Below, one piece after another: positions 27,559 through 38,473 of a DNA stretch of 64,000 nt. The notes under the pieces are model-generated. The model made no database searches. It was given only the letters and a program-made list of their open reading frames with translations, and had not been told where the DNA came from. The translations under genes and the position numbers were made by a program. Position 1 is the stretch's first letter; each line of letters starts with the position of its first letter. Origin of the DNA: a virus (taxonomy: Duplodnaviria > Caudoviricetes); the IMG/VR virus record IMGVR_UViG_2854208954_000001, positions 1 through 64,000 of that record; one strand, 5' to 3'.

Positions 27559-28123
27559 TAAGCTGTATTACGCAAAAATCACGGAGGACTCTGACGGAAA
27601 CGAAACCTATGACACACCTATTCCGCTTGCAAAGGCGATGAGTGCGGAACTTTCGGTAGAGCTTGCCGAGGCAACACTTTATGCCGATGACGGTGCATCT
27701 GAGGTTGTAAAGGAATTTCAGAGCGGTACGCTCACACTCGGTATTGACAACATCGGAACAGCCGTTGCAGAGGATTTGACCGGTGCGACAATCGACAAAA
27801 ACAAGGTGTTGGTTTCCGCATCTGAGGACGGAGCACCGCCCGTTGCAATCGGTTTTCGTGCAAAGAAAGCGAACGGCAAGTATCGTTACTTTTGGCTTTA
27901 CAGAGTGAAGTTTGGCATTCCTGCAACTAATCTTACCACAAAGGGCGAAAGCATCGAGTTTTCCACTCCGTCGATTGAGGGTACGGTTATCCGCAGAAAC
28001 AAGGCTGACAAGCTCGGCAAGCACCCGTGGAAGGCTGAAATTTCAGAGGACGATACAGGTGTTGCAATCGACACAATCAGCGGTTGGTACACTCAAGTGT
28101 ATGAGCCGACCTATGCTGAATAA
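27539..28123 (+). CDS. Major tail protein (phi13-like)
   Basis: IGLDKLYYA, LYADDG, YFWLYRVKF. Confidence 0.92.
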   Translation: MATIGLDKLYYAKITEDSDGNETYDTPIPLAKAMSAELSVELAEATLYADDGASEVVKEFQSGTLTLGIDNIGTAVAEDLTGATIDKNKVLVSASEDGAPPVAIGFRAKKANGKYRYFWLYRVKFGIPATNLTTKGESIEFSTPSIEGTVIRRNKADKLGKHPWKAEISEDDTGVAIDTISGWYTQVYEPTYAE

Positions 28124-28138
28124 ATACGGAGGTGCGTT

Positions 28139-28519
28139 ATGACTGACAGAGGAAGTATTATTAAAATTGGTGAAAACGATTATGAGCTTATTCTCACAAC
28201 AAGGGCAACAAAGGAAATTGCCAAAAGATACGGCGGACTTGAAAACCTCGGTGACAGGCTTATGAAAAGTGAAAATTTTGAAATGGCACTTGATGAAATC
28301 ATCTGGCTTATCACACTGCTTGCAAACCAGAGCGTTATGATTTACAATCTGAAAAATCCGAACAGCAAAAAGCTTTTGCTTTGTGAGGACGAGGTTGAGC
28401 TTTTAACCTCACCGTTTGACCTTGCAGAATACAAGAATGCAATTATGGACTCAATGAACAAAGGTACAAAAAGGAATATTGAAAGTGCGTCTGACTCAAA
28501 AAACACGAAAGTCGGGTAA
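28139..28519 (+). CDS. Tail assembly chaperone (G-like)
   Basis: Lies between the major tail and tape measure genes. Confidence 0.85.
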   Translation: MTDRGSIIKIGENDYELILTTRATKEIAKRYGGLENLGDRLMKSENFEMALDEIIWLITLLANQSVMIYNLKNPNSKKLLLCEDEVELLTSPFDLAEYKNAIMDSMNKGTKRNIESASDSKNTKVG

Positions 28520-28707
28520 CGGACGATGAGCTGTTCACCCGACTTCTTTATTACGGACTTGCACATTTGAACCTTTCGCAAGATGAGGTGTGGCTGATGC
28601 CGTTCGGACTTTTGCTCGACCTGTGGGAATGTCATAGACAATACAACGGCATTGCAAAGCCAAAACGAGTTGCTTGCATTGATGATGTTATTCCTTATGG
28701 GGTTTGA
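28498..28707 (+). CDS. -1 frameshift extension of the chaperone (GT-like)
   Basis: Slippery A-AAA-AAC at 28498-28504; -1 frame reads TDDELFTRLLYYGLAHL...DDVIPYGV*. Confidence 0.8.
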   Translation, partial: KKHESRVTDDELFTRLLYYGLAHLNLSQDEVWLMPFGLLLDLWECHRQYNGIAKPKRVACIDDVIPYGV

Positions 28708-28818
28708 ATATATTTCCATTGATTCTTAATAATCAATATGGTATGATTCAATTATAACAAATATGCTTAAATTTTGGCAGTTGATTTGTTGTAATATACT
28801 TGAAAGGTAGATGATAAA

Positions 28819-29574
28819 GTGACAAGAGAAAATCAAATTAAATCATTAATTGAATGTTACGAAAAAGAGTATAAGGAATTTATGGGAATTGAAAAATTTC
28901 CTGAATACGAGTTAGAGTTGTATAAAGAACAAATTGGTAAAGTATGTAGCTATGGATTCGGAACTTTAGCTGAAGCTAAATATAATCCAAAAACCGATAA
29001 ACATTTATTACGCATTTGTATAAGTTATGAGATAAATAAGTATGTTATATTTCATGAGTTCACCCATATTTTAGATGCAGAAATGTATGCAAAAAAAGAT
29101 TCAAACAAATATCTTTATGTTACTGGATATACAGAATATCACGCTTCACAGGTGGAATTGATGGCTTTATTAGGGGTAAAAAAAGTCTTTCCAAATGAAT
29201 TTACTTTTTCAATCAATTCTGTCATTGATGTATATCCCAATGCTTGCACTATAAAAAATTATTTATTATCCAAGCATCAGTTTGTTGTGGATATGATGAG
29301 TAGGATGGATTATTCAGCAAATATTGAAATACTAAAACCAACAATAAGCTTACTATACAATTATTTTGGATTGCGTTCAATCTGTAAAATGTATGCGAAA
29401 GATTATGAAGAATGCGTAGATAATACTGCTATTATCAAAATACTTTCCTTACAATTATTCTCGGAACTAAATATATTTATGAACGGACAATTCGATGAGA
29501 AAAAAATTGAACTGAGTTTTGTTCCTTATTCAAATGTAATATTCTCATTAGTGGAAAAGTACAATCTTTCGTAA
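28819..29574 (+). CDS. Moron: HExxH zinc-metallopeptidase-like protein
   Basis: IFHEFTHILD and downstream GYTEYHAS; very AT-rich; inserted within the tail operon. Confidence 0.65.
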   Translation: MTRENQIKSLIECYEKEYKEFMGIEKFPEYELELYKEQIGKVCSYGFGTLAEAKYNPKTDKHLLRICISYEINKYVIFHEFTHILDAEMYAKKDSNKYLYVTGYTEYHASQVELMALLGVKKVFPNEFTFSINSVIDVYPNACTIKNYLLSKHQFVVDMMSRMDYSANIEILKPTISLLYNYFGLRSICKMYAKDYEECVDNTAIIKILSLQLFSELNIFMNGQFDEKKIELSFVPYSNVIFSLVEKYNLS

Positions 29575-29661
29575 CAATTAATTGAGTAAACAAATAACAA
29601 CATCATCAAGGGGAGTAACCACACGGTTGCTCCTCTTTCATATATGCACATATAACACTAC

Positions 29662-29682
29662 GAGCCGAAAGGCTCTTTTTTT
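29662..29682 (+). terminator. Terminator after the moron
   Basis: GAGCC-GAAA-GGCTC-TTTTTT. Confidence 0.6.
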
Positions 29683-29703
29683 ATGTCTTGAGGAGGTGAG
29701 AAT

Positions 29704-32309
29704 ATGGCGGACAGTTTTGGACTTAAGCTTGGCATTGAGGGCGAAAAGGAATTTAAAAAGTCGCTTGCCGAAATCAATCAGAGCTTTAAGGTGCTTGGCT
29801 CTGAGATGAAGCTTGTGTCCTCGCAGTTTGATAAGAATGACAATTCCGTTCAGGCTTTGTCTGCAAGAAATACGGTTCTTAACAAGGAGATTGATGCACA
29901 AAAGCAGAAGATGAAACCTTGCGACAGGCACTTGCAAATGCATCAGAGTCATTTGGTGAAACTGACAGGAGAACACAAAGCTGGCAAATTCAGCTTAACA
30001 ATGCCGAGGCATCACTCAACAGTATGGAGCGTGAACTGAACAGTAATAATTCTGCACTTGAACAGGCAAAGACGGATATTGAGGGGACAGAAAAATCTCT
30101 TGAAAAGGTTGACGGTCGGCTTGATGATACTGCCGAAAGTGCCGATGATATGGGCGATGAAATCAAGGACGCAGGCGACAAGGCGGATAAGTCAAAGGAG
30201 AGGTTTTCAAAGCTTGGTTCGATACTCAAGGGTGTGGGCATTGCGATGGGTGCGGTTGTTACTGCGGCTGCCGCAACTGCCGTTAAGCTCGGCAAGGAGG
30301 TAGTTAATGCCTATGCCGACTATGAACAGCTTGTCGGCGGTGTTGATACGCTTTTCAAGGGTTCATCACAGAAGCTGCAAAGCTACGCATCTAATGTCTA
30401 TAAAACGGCAGGCCTTTCTGCAAATGACTATATGGAAACTGTTACAGGCTTTTCCGCAAGCCTTATTCAGTCGCTTGGCGGTGATACGGACAAGTCGGTA
30501 AAGTATGCCGATATGGCAATCACGGATATGGCGGATAACGCAAACAAGATGGGTACAGATATGTCACTCATTCAGAATGCGTATCAGGGCTTTGCCAAGC
30601 AAAACTACACCATGCTCGATAACCTTAAACTTGGCTACGGCGGTACTAAAGAGGAAATGCAAAGACTTCTCTCTGACGCAGAAAAAATATCTGGCGTGAA
30701 ATATGATATTTCGTCATATGCCAATGTGGTCGATGCAATCCATGTTATGCAGGAGAGTATGGATATTGCCGGCACTACCGCAAAGGAGGTGGAGGGTACA
30801 ATTTCGGGTTCGGTTAATGCGTTGAAATCCTCGGTTACTAACCTTGTGGTAGGATTTGGTGACGCAAATGCTGACCTCGGTGTGTTGTGTGAAAATGTTG
30901 TAACAGCATTTCAGACCGTGCTTGAGAATATCTCGCCTATTGTGAAAAATCTCATCTCAGCCTTGCCGACAGTCATTACCACACTGCTTGAATCGGCAGG
31001 TGAAATGCTTCCCACTGTTCTGGAAACTCTTGCAGAATTGTTTGCACAGGTGCTTGAGGGATTGCTTCAGCTTTTGCCACAGCTGATTCCCGTTGCGGTA
31101 TCGGCTTTATTAACAATTACGAATGCAATTGTTGAAAATCTGCCCTTGCTGATTGAGTCGGCAACCTTACTCGTAGCAACTCTCGTACAGGGCCTTGCAG
31201 ATGCACTGCCTACACTAATTCCTACTACGGTCAATGCGGTTATGACGATTGTACAGGGACTTCTGGACAGCTTGCCGTCAATTCTTGACGCAGGACTTGA
31301 ACTTGTGTCAGCACTTGCACAGGGTATTCTTGATGCACTTCCCGACCTCATATCTAAACTGCCTCAGATTATTATGGGCATAGTTACATTTCTTTTAAAT
31401 TCAATACCGCAAATCATACAGACAGGCATTAAGCTGCTGACCTCTCTTGTTAGTGCCTTACCCGATATTATCACAGCAATAGTTAAGGCTATTCCGCAGA
31501 TTATCAACGGGATTATAAATGCGGTAATAAATTCAATTCCGCAGATTATTCAGGCAGGCATTGACTTGCTCATTTCACTTGTCAAGGCTCTGCCCACCAT
31601 TATAGTCACAATCGTGAATGCAATACCCGACATCATTTCAGGCATTGTTAATGCTCTTATTGACAATATTCCGGCAATAATTCAGGCGGGTATTGATTTG
31701 TTGATTTCGCTTGTTAAGAATCTGCCGACTATCATTAAGGGAATTGTAAAGGCAGTACCTAAGATTATTGAAGGCATTGTAAAGGCCTTTGGTTCACTTA
31801 TGTACAAGATTGTTGAAATTGGCGGTAACATTGTAAAAGGCTTGTGGGACGGTATCTGCGGTCTTGCATCGTGGCTCTGGGATTCAGTCAGCGGTTGGAT
31901 TTCGGGTATCTGGGACGGCATCTGCGACTTTTTTGGCATTCACTCACCGTCAAAGGAAATGGCATGGGTTGGAGAAATGCTCGTCAAGGGCCTTGCCGGC
32001 TCTATTGACAAGAACGGTGATATGGCTGTTCGTGCCGCCGAGGGTATGAGCAGTGATGTTTCAAGTGTTATGAACTCACTTGCTGATGATATGAAAACTG
32101 CCTTGCCGACTGATTTCAGCATTGACGGAAATGTTAAAGGATTGGTTGATAATTCAAATTCTGTTGCTTTCGGCAAGAGCGGTCTTTCGCTTGTGCTGAA
32201 TATTGCAAATTTTAACAACTACTCAAATGACGATATTTCTCAGCTTACAAACGAGATTATGGAAACTGCAGGTCAGTTTGCCAAAAGGAAAGGAATGGTA
32301 TTTGCGTGA
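29704..32309 (+). pseudogene. Tape measure protein split by a 1-nt frameshift at about 29912 (real or artefactual)
   Basis: MADSFGLKLG...QKQK frame joins ETLRQALANASESFG frame; periodic helical repeats such as IIQAGIDLLISLVK. Confidence 0.85.
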
Positions 32310-33361
32310 ACTATTTTGAATACAACGGCATGAGGTCATCTGATATGGGGCTTCATATACAGAGAAAGAATGTGTACTCCTCGCCAAAGTATGACTCTTC
32401 CTTTGTATCAATCCCCGGTCGCAACGGTGACCTGATTGTACCGAATCGCAGATATGAAAACACACAGGTGAGCTATTCTGTATATCTGTCTGCAAAGAAC
32501 AGTCAACAGCTTGCTGACAGCATTACAAAAATCAAGGCTTGGCTGTATGCACAGCCCGACAGGTATCACATACTAAAGGACAGCTACGATAAAAGATTTT
32601 TCAGATATGCTCTTTTTAACTCATCGCTTGATATTGAAGATGAGCTCAACAAAATCGGTGTGTTTACCGTAAGCTTTAACTGCAAGCCATTTAGATATGA
32701 CATTGACGGTGAGTTACCGCACAGCATTGATGTGGTGCTGAATTTTCCGTATATGATTTTTTGCAGAATGGACGGTTCAAAGCCGGAAAACGACTGGAGC
32801 AACCGTTGGAATCAGACGGCAGACCTTGTTGTGCCGAGTGGAAAGAATATGTTTGTACTGAATACAAATTCGTGGACAGACGGCTACTGGGACTACTATT
32901 CAGATGCTGACAAGAGCAGAATATATCTTAAGGTGAACGAAAACTGGAAGAAGGAGAATGCAAGGTTTGCCCTCTACACATTTCTCGGTGACGAAACCGC
33001 ATGGTATTCTCTCGAGAAGGTCAGCGAGGATATTTACAGAGTGACCTTGCCGTCAAAGGGTGAAACCGTACTTGTGAATCCGTACAGCTTTGAGAGCAGA
33101 CCACTTATTCATCTTAACGGCAACGGTACGGGTACGCTTACCATTGATAACGAAAACGGCAGACACGAATGGACATTCAGCAATATTGACGAGTTCATTG
33201 AGATTGACAGCGAAAAAATGTGCTTTTACAAGGACAACACGCTGAAAAATGATACGGTTACAGGCACGGGTTTTCCTTTGCTTGTAAGGGGTGAAAACAG
33301 GTTTATTCTCGGCGGTGGCATAACAGACGGTTCAGTATTTCCAAGGTGGTGTTCGTTATGA
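32306..33361 (+). CDS. Distal tail protein (Dit) with an inserted Trp-rich module
   Basis: Dit motifs IPGRNGDL, FNCKPFRY, PRWCSL flank a ~115-aa insert. Confidence 0.85.
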   Translation: MNYFEYNGMRSSDMGLHIQRKNVYSSPKYDSSFVSIPGRNGDLIVPNRRYENTQVSYSVYLSAKNSQQLADSITKIKAWLYAQPDRYHILKDSYDKRFFRYALFNSSLDIEDELNKIGVFTVSFNCKPFRYDIDGELPHSIDVVLNFPYMIFCRMDGSKPENDWSNRWNQTADLVVPSGKNMFVLNTNSWTDGYWDYYSDADKSRIYLKVNENWKKENARFALYTFLGDETAWYSLEKVSEDIYRVTLPSKGETVLVNPYSFESRPLIHLNGNGTGTLTIDNENGRHEWTFSNIDEFIEIDSEKMCFYKDNTLKNDTVTGTGFPLLVRGENRFILGGGITDGSVFPRWCSL

Positions 33362-35643
33362 TGCCGATTTTATACAGAGCAGATGAAACCGAGTTTGACA
33401 CCTACGGAATCGGTATGCTGTCGGACTGCACCTTTTGCGAAGTTACAGAGGAGCGAAACGGTGCGTTTGAATGTGTGATGAAATATCCTCTGCACGGTGC
33501 ATTGTTTGATGAGATTAAAAACGACAGGGTTATACTCGTTAAGCCGAATGACACATCAAGGTCACAGCCGTTTCGTATATACAGAATTACAACACCGATG
33601 AACGGCATCATCACAGTGTATGCACAGCATATGTCATATGATTTGTCGGGCATTGGTGTGCTATGCTTTGAGAGCAAATCGGTTTCGCCACAGCTTGCAC
33701 TTGAAAGAATTTTTGCGAATACTTCATCAAAGCACGGCTTTAAATGCAGGACAGACCTTTCAGCACCGAGGGCATTTTCAGTCAGTAAACCTATGAGTAT
33801 CAGAGCCTGTCTTGGCGGTACGGAGGGTTCTGTACTTGATGTATGGGGCGGTGAGTATGAATGGGATATGTTCGATGTCATTCTTCACTCAAAGCGTGGT
33901 AAGGATAACGGTGTGGTAATTGAATACGGTAAGAACCTCACCTCACTTGAGCAGGACAATGATTTTTCATCGGTATATACACACCTTTTGCCCTATGCCG
34001 TAATTAAAAACGGAGATACCGAAAGTGTGGTTACTCTGTCGGAAATCACAATTCCTATTGTGGAAACATATGCAAGGGAGAAAACACTCATCAAGGATTT
34101 TTCGTCCTTCTTTAAGGACGGAGAAACCGTTACCGAGGACACACTTCGAGCAAAGGCGAAGTCATACATCAAACAGAATCCGTTCGGTGACGAAACTCCC
34201 ACGGTGAAGGTGTCGTTTGAACCGCTATGGCAACAGCCCGAATATTCGCAGTTTCTCGAAAAGGTGAACCTCTGCGACACAGTGATCGTCAGACACCCAG
34301 ATATGAATATTGAGGTAAAGACGAAGGTTATTGAAACCGTATATGACGCACTGGCCGAGAAATATTCATCAATCACACTCGGAACGGCAAAATCAAACTT
34401 TGTGAATACGGTTGCAGAAATCAAAAGTACAACCGATGAAATCAAAAAGGAAACCGACAGCTTTCCGTTACTTATGAATACTGCTATTAAAAATGCCACT
34501 TCGCTGATTTCAGGTCAGCAAGGTGGCTTTGTTGTTATGCACACGGATTCTGTTACAGGCAAGCCGTATGAACTTTTGATTCTTGACAACGAAAATCTGT
34601 ACGATGCAAGGAATGTGTGGCGGTGGAATGTCAGTGGCTTAGGTTTTTCAAAGAGTGGATACAACGGCCCGTATGAAACTGCGATTACGGCTGACGGAAA
34701 AATCGTGGCTGACTTTATCACAAGCGGAACGCTTATGGCAAATATCATCAAGGCGGGAGTAATCAGTTCGGCTGATAATTCTTCATGGTGGGATTTGGAA
34801 AGCGGAGAGGTACACCTAAGTGCATATACAAAAACAGAGGATACCGACAAACTCAGCGACAGTATTGCTGAAATTACAGAAAGGACATCAACACTTGAAC
34901 AGACCGCAGAGGACATTTCATTTAAAATCAATGAGCAGTCCACTGGCGGAAAGAACTATCTTCTTAATTCATCGGCTCTCAACGGACTTTCGGATGATTG
35001 GGAGTATTCGGGATTGGTCACTGTACTTTCCGATACAGATGTAATCAGTCATACCTCTTCGGGTTCTGCTTTTGTACTCGGTGCGGAAAGCACCTTGTCG
35101 CAAAGTGTGTATAACTCGGTTGCCGACAGATCCTTTGTGCTGTCACTCAGAGCAAAGAAAAGCTATTCACAGCTTAGTGCATATATGTATGTTCAGTACA
35201 ACGGAGTTAAAAGAGAATATCTTTTTAATACAAAGGAGAGCTTTGATTGGACAGATTTTTCCGTTGTACTCCCCGATGTTTCGGACGGTGAAATCACGGT
35301 ATTCATTTACAGCCGTGACACCTCTCTTACGGTAAGTGACCTTATGCTTACTGACGGAAGTATTATCCAACACTGGTCGCCTGCACCGAACGAGATATAC
35401 ACAAACGAGGTAAAGATTGACCGCAAAGGCATTGAGGTTTCAAACAGCAAGTCCTCGCAGAAAACAGTAATTACAAACACTGAATTTTCCGGCTACTACA
35501 ACGGTGAAAAGATATTCACCCTAAACAAGGACGAAACTCAGACGAAGAAAACCACAGTTGACGGTGAGCTTACAATCGGCAGAACAAAGCTGATTCCGAT
35601 GTCAAACAGTTCACCGGGACTCAACATTGTAATTCTTGATTAG
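33358..35643 (+). CDS. Tail spike/Tal (phage endopeptidase family) with C-terminal beta-sandwich
   Basis: EERNGAFE, QPFRIYRI, WGGEYEWD, ITADGKIVADFI. Confidence 0.88.
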   Translation: MMPILYRADETEFDTYGIGMLSDCTFCEVTEERNGAFECVMKYPLHGALFDEIKNDRVILVKPNDTSRSQPFRIYRITTPMNGIITVYAQHMSYDLSGIGVLCFESKSVSPQLALERIFANTSSKHGFKCRTDLSAPRAFSVSKPMSIRACLGGTEGSVLDVWGGEYEWDMFDVILHSKRGKDNGVVIEYGKNLTSLEQDNDFSSVYTHLLPYAVIKNGDTESVVTLSEITIPIVETYAREKTLIKDFSSFFKDGETVTEDTLRAKAKSYIKQNPFGDETPTVKVSFEPLWQQPEYSQFLEKVNLCDTVIVRHPDMNIEVKTKVIETVYDALAEKYSSITLGTAKSNFVNTVAEIKSTTDEIKKETDSFPLLMNTAIKNATSLISGQQGGFVVMHTDSVTGKPYELLILDNENLYDARNVWRWNVSGLGFSKSGYNGPYETAITADGKIVADFITSGTLMANIIKAGVISSADNSSWWDLESGEVHLSAYTKTEDTDKLSDSIAEITERTSTLEQTAEDISFKINEQSTGGKNYLLNSSALNGLSDDWEYSGLVTVLSDTDVISHTSSGSAFVLGAESTLSQSVYNSVADRSFVLSLRAKKSYSQLSAYMYVQYNGVKREYLFNTKESFDWTDFSVVLPDVSDGEITVFIYSRDTSLTVSDLMLTDGSIIQHWSPAPNEIYTNEVKIDRKGIEVSNSKSSQKTVITNTEFSGYYNGEKIFTLNKDETQTKKTTVDGELTIGRTKLIPMSNSSPGLNIVILD

Positions 35644-35651
35644 GAGGCAAT

Positions 35652-37001
35652 ATGGCAAAGACAACGGTTGTCAATAGAATTGACACGATTTACATAGATA
35701 CGGAAAATCCGACCGTATCAGTGAACACAACGGTAAATGACGCAGGTCTTAAACACAGCATTACGATTACCATACGAGGTATTCCGATAACTGGCATATC
35801 GGGACTTGCGTGGAACAAGGGGACGGCAAACAGGATTATTCCCATTCCTACGGACAGCAGAACGGGTATTCTCAAGGCAATGTATGAGGACAAAAGCATT
35901 ACGGCAAAGCTAACGGTCACCACATACAAGGGTTCAACCTATGTAGGCATTTCTGAAAGGAATTGTCAGATTACCACCACATCGCACAGCTCAAGGCCTG
36001 TAATTAACGGATTTATCTATCTTGACACCAATTTAAAGACCACTGCCGTTACGGGCAACTCAAAGCTGTTTATTCAGAACTATTCAAATCTCAAGGTTAC
36101 TCCGCTTACGGCAAAACCGAGAAATGAATCGAAGATTACAGGCTACACGGTAAGCTGTAACGGTGTGAGCAAATCAAGTACAACTGCAAAGGAATTGAAT
36201 CTTGGTACAATCACCAAAAGCGGTGATGTGGTGGTTATGGTCACGGTCACGGACTCAAGAGGTTACACAACGAGCATTAAAAAGACGATTACAGTTATTC
36301 CGTACAGCAGTCCGAATCTCAGTAAGATTACACTAAGACGAACAAATGAGATTGAGTCGGAAATTCAGCTTATTTTCAACGGCTCATACTCACCAATTAC
36401 AATTGACGGGGTAAATCACAATCAGCTTTTATCCTTTCGCTACCAATACAAGAGGACAAGTGATGCAAACTACGGAAATTTTGTTGACATTTTAAGCAAC
36501 CTTAAAATGAACGACACAAGCTATTCGTACTCAAATCTTCAGCTTATGAATCTTGATGTGAATATGTCATATGACTTTCATATTGAAATCCGTGATACTA
36601 TGGAAAAGTCGGTTATTACAGACCTGTACTATTTAATTCCGCAGGGCACTCCGCTTGTTGCATTACGCAAGCAGAAGGTAGACATTAACAATCCAAACCC
36701 ACAATCCGCACTTGATGTGACGGGTGAAATACATATGAACGGCTTTCCTGTTATGGGCATTATACAGACCTCTGTTGAGGACGATGTCAGCCTTAACAGT
36801 CTTACAACGCAGGGTATTTATTTCAGACGAAGAGTACCGCAGGAGAATATGAACTATCCGGCACTTGTATTCGGTATGCTTGAAGTATTTTCTTGCAGTA
36901 CAAATCTTGTGACACAGAGATATACGGCAAGGGACACTCCGTTTGATGTATATATCCGTTCAAAGGTGAATTCAAGCTGGAGCAAGTGGGTTAAAAAATA
37001 G
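35652..37001 (+). CDS. Minor tail/baseplate protein (DUF859-like) with a C-terminal knob domain
   Basis: VTVTDSRG repeats; LNSLTTQGIY...GMLEVF...QRY...WSKW knob pattern. Confidence 0.7.
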   Translation: MAKTTVVNRIDTIYIDTENPTVSVNTTVNDAGLKHSITITIRGIPITGISGLAWNKGTANRIIPIPTDSRTGILKAMYEDKSITAKLTVTTYKGSTYVGISERNCQITTTSHSSRPVINGFIYLDTNLKTTAVTGNSKLFIQNYSNLKVTPLTAKPRNESKITGYTVSCNGVSKSSTTAKELNLGTITKSGDVVVMVTVTDSRGYTTSIKKTITVIPYSSPNLSKITLRRTNEIESEIQLIFNGSYSPITIDGVNHNQLLSFRYQYKRTSDANYGNFVDILSNLKMNDTSYSYSNLQLMNLDVNMSYDFHIEIRDTMEKSVITDLYYLIPQGTPLVALRKQKVDINNPNPQSALDVTGEIHMNGFPVMGIIQTSVEDDVSLNSLTTQGIYFRRRVPQENMNYPALVFGMLEVFSCSTNLVTQRYTARDTPFDVYIRSKVNSSWSKWVKK

Positions 37002-37016
37002 ACACAGGAGGTATTT

Positions 37017-37430
37017 ATGAAACAGATTTGGAACAGCATTCAGACTGCATTCATCGCACTTGGAGGAACACTCGGATGGTTTCTCGGAGGTGCAGACGGC
37101 TTTCTGTATGCACTCATTGCATTTGTAGTTATCGACTACATTACAGGAATGATGTGTGCCGTTGCCGACAAAAAGCTTTCGAGCAAGGTCGGTTTCAAGG
37201 GCATTTGCAGAAAGGTGATTATCTTTCTGCTTGTGGGAGTGGCGAATCTCCTTGATGTGTACATTATCGGCACGGGCAGTGTGCTGAGAACGGCAGTGAT
37301 TTTCTTCTATCTCTCAAATGAGGGCTTGTCACTGCTTGAAAACGGAGCGCATCTGGGACTTCCCATTCCCGAAAAGATTAAAAATGTGCTTGCACAATTA
37401 CACCACAGAAGTGAAAAGGAGGACGACTGA
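37017..37430 (+). CDS. Holin (phage holin family 4)
   Basis: DYITGMMCA, GFKGICRKV, SNEGLSLLEN, GLPIP. Confidence 0.95.
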   Translation: MKQIWNSIQTAFIALGGTLGWFLGGADGFLYALIAFVVIDYITGMMCAVADKKLSSKVGFKGICRKVIIFLLVGVANLLDVYIIGTGSVLRTAVIFFYLSNEGLSLLENGAHLGLPIPEKIKNVLAQLHHRSEKEDD

Positions 37431-38288
37431 ATGTCATACACAAACAGCAAATTAGTTAGCTACACAAAAATCTCACCAAACAAAAACATCAATCGCAATC
37501 ACAAGATTGATACAATTTCAATCCACTGCGTAGTCGGACAGTGCTCTGTTGAAACACTCGGCTCAATTTTTGCATCTGCAAGCAAAGAGGCAAGCTCAAA
37601 CTACGGTATCGGTTATGACGGCAGAATTGGAATGTATGTTGAGGAAAAGGATCGTAGCTGGTGCACCTCATCTGCGTCAAATGACAACAGGGCGATTACC
37701 ATTGAGGTTGCGTCAGATACCTACCACCCATACAGAGTAAATGATGCTGCGTACAAGTCTTTGATTAAACTGCTTGTTGACATCTGCAAGAGAAACGGCA
37801 TCAAAAGGCTTGTGTGGTCAACAAACAAGTCAGAGAGAATGAATCACCTTAACGGCTGCAATATGACGGTTCACAGGGATTATGCGAACAAGTCCTGCCC
37901 CGGTGATTATCTCTACAATCTTCACGGACAGATTGCAAAGGAGGTGAACGCTCAGCTTGGCTTAGGCAGTTCAAAACCTGCGACTTCAAAGAAAACTCTC
38001 TATCGTGTACGCAAAAGTTGGAAGGACGCAAAGTCGCAAAAGGGTGCTTTCTATGACCTTTCAAATGCCAAGAAATGTGCCGACAAAAACAGCGGTTACT
38101 CTGTTTTTAATGAAAGCGGAAAAGTTGTGTACACACTAAAGTCATCGGGCAAAAAGTCAGTTGATGCCATTGCAAGAGAAGTAATTCAGGGCAAATGGGG
38201 CAACGGTGCCGACCGCAAAAACCGCCTCACCAAAGCCGGCTATGACTACAACGCCATTCAGAAAAGAGTAAACGAGATTTTATCTTAA
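37431..38288 (+). CDS. Endolysin: Amidase_2 plus Cpl-7 cell-wall-binding repeat
   Basis: ISIHCVVG, SSNYGIG, ITIEVA, VHRDYANKSCPG; C-terminal AREVIQGKWGNGADRKNRL. Confidence 0.93.
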   Translation: MSYTNSKLVSYTKISPNKNINRNHKIDTISIHCVVGQCSVETLGSIFASASKEASSNYGIGYDGRIGMYVEEKDRSWCTSSASNDNRAITIEVASDTYHPYRVNDAAYKSLIKLLVDICKRNGIKRLVWSTNKSERMNHLNGCNMTVHRDYANKSCPGDYLYNLHGQIAKEVNAQLGLGSSKPATSKKTLYRVRKSWKDAKSQKGAFYDLSNAKKCADKNSGYSVFNESGKVVYTLKSSGKKSVDAIAREVIQGKWGNGADRKNRLTKAGYDYNAIQKRVNEILS

Positions 38289-38318
38289 CAGACAATAGAA
38301 CAGTATTCTAACAAAGCC

Positions 38319-38361
38319 AAATCCCCATCGAGGAAGTTTTATTCCTTGATGGGGATTTTTT
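38319..38361 (+). terminator. Terminator after the lysis module
   Basis: AAATCCCCATC...GATGGGGATTT followed by a T tract. Confidence 0.75.
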
Positions 38362-38402
38362 GCTTACGAATAAATAATAAAAATAAAAATTTTTCAAAAA
38401 GC

Positions 38403-38442
38403 GTCCTTTTAAGCACTCTCCCGTGGCTAACAGACAGAGGGC
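38403..38442 (+). promoter_or_regulatory. GTCC-N18-GGCTA hairpin motif, copy B
   Basis: GTCC TTTTAAGCA CTCTCCC GT GGCTA ACAGAC AGAGGG. Confidence 0.6.
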
Positions 38443-38473
38443 AACAATGCTCTCGGAAACGGAGGTACAATAT

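Noticed and set aside
30900-31800. Degenerate repeats in the tape measure gene
   Set aside because: Ordinary periodic amphipathic repeats of tape measure proteins.
35652-37001. Tail knob as a possible diversity-generating retroelement target
   Set aside because: No reverse transcriptase and no template/variable repeat pair seen in the window.
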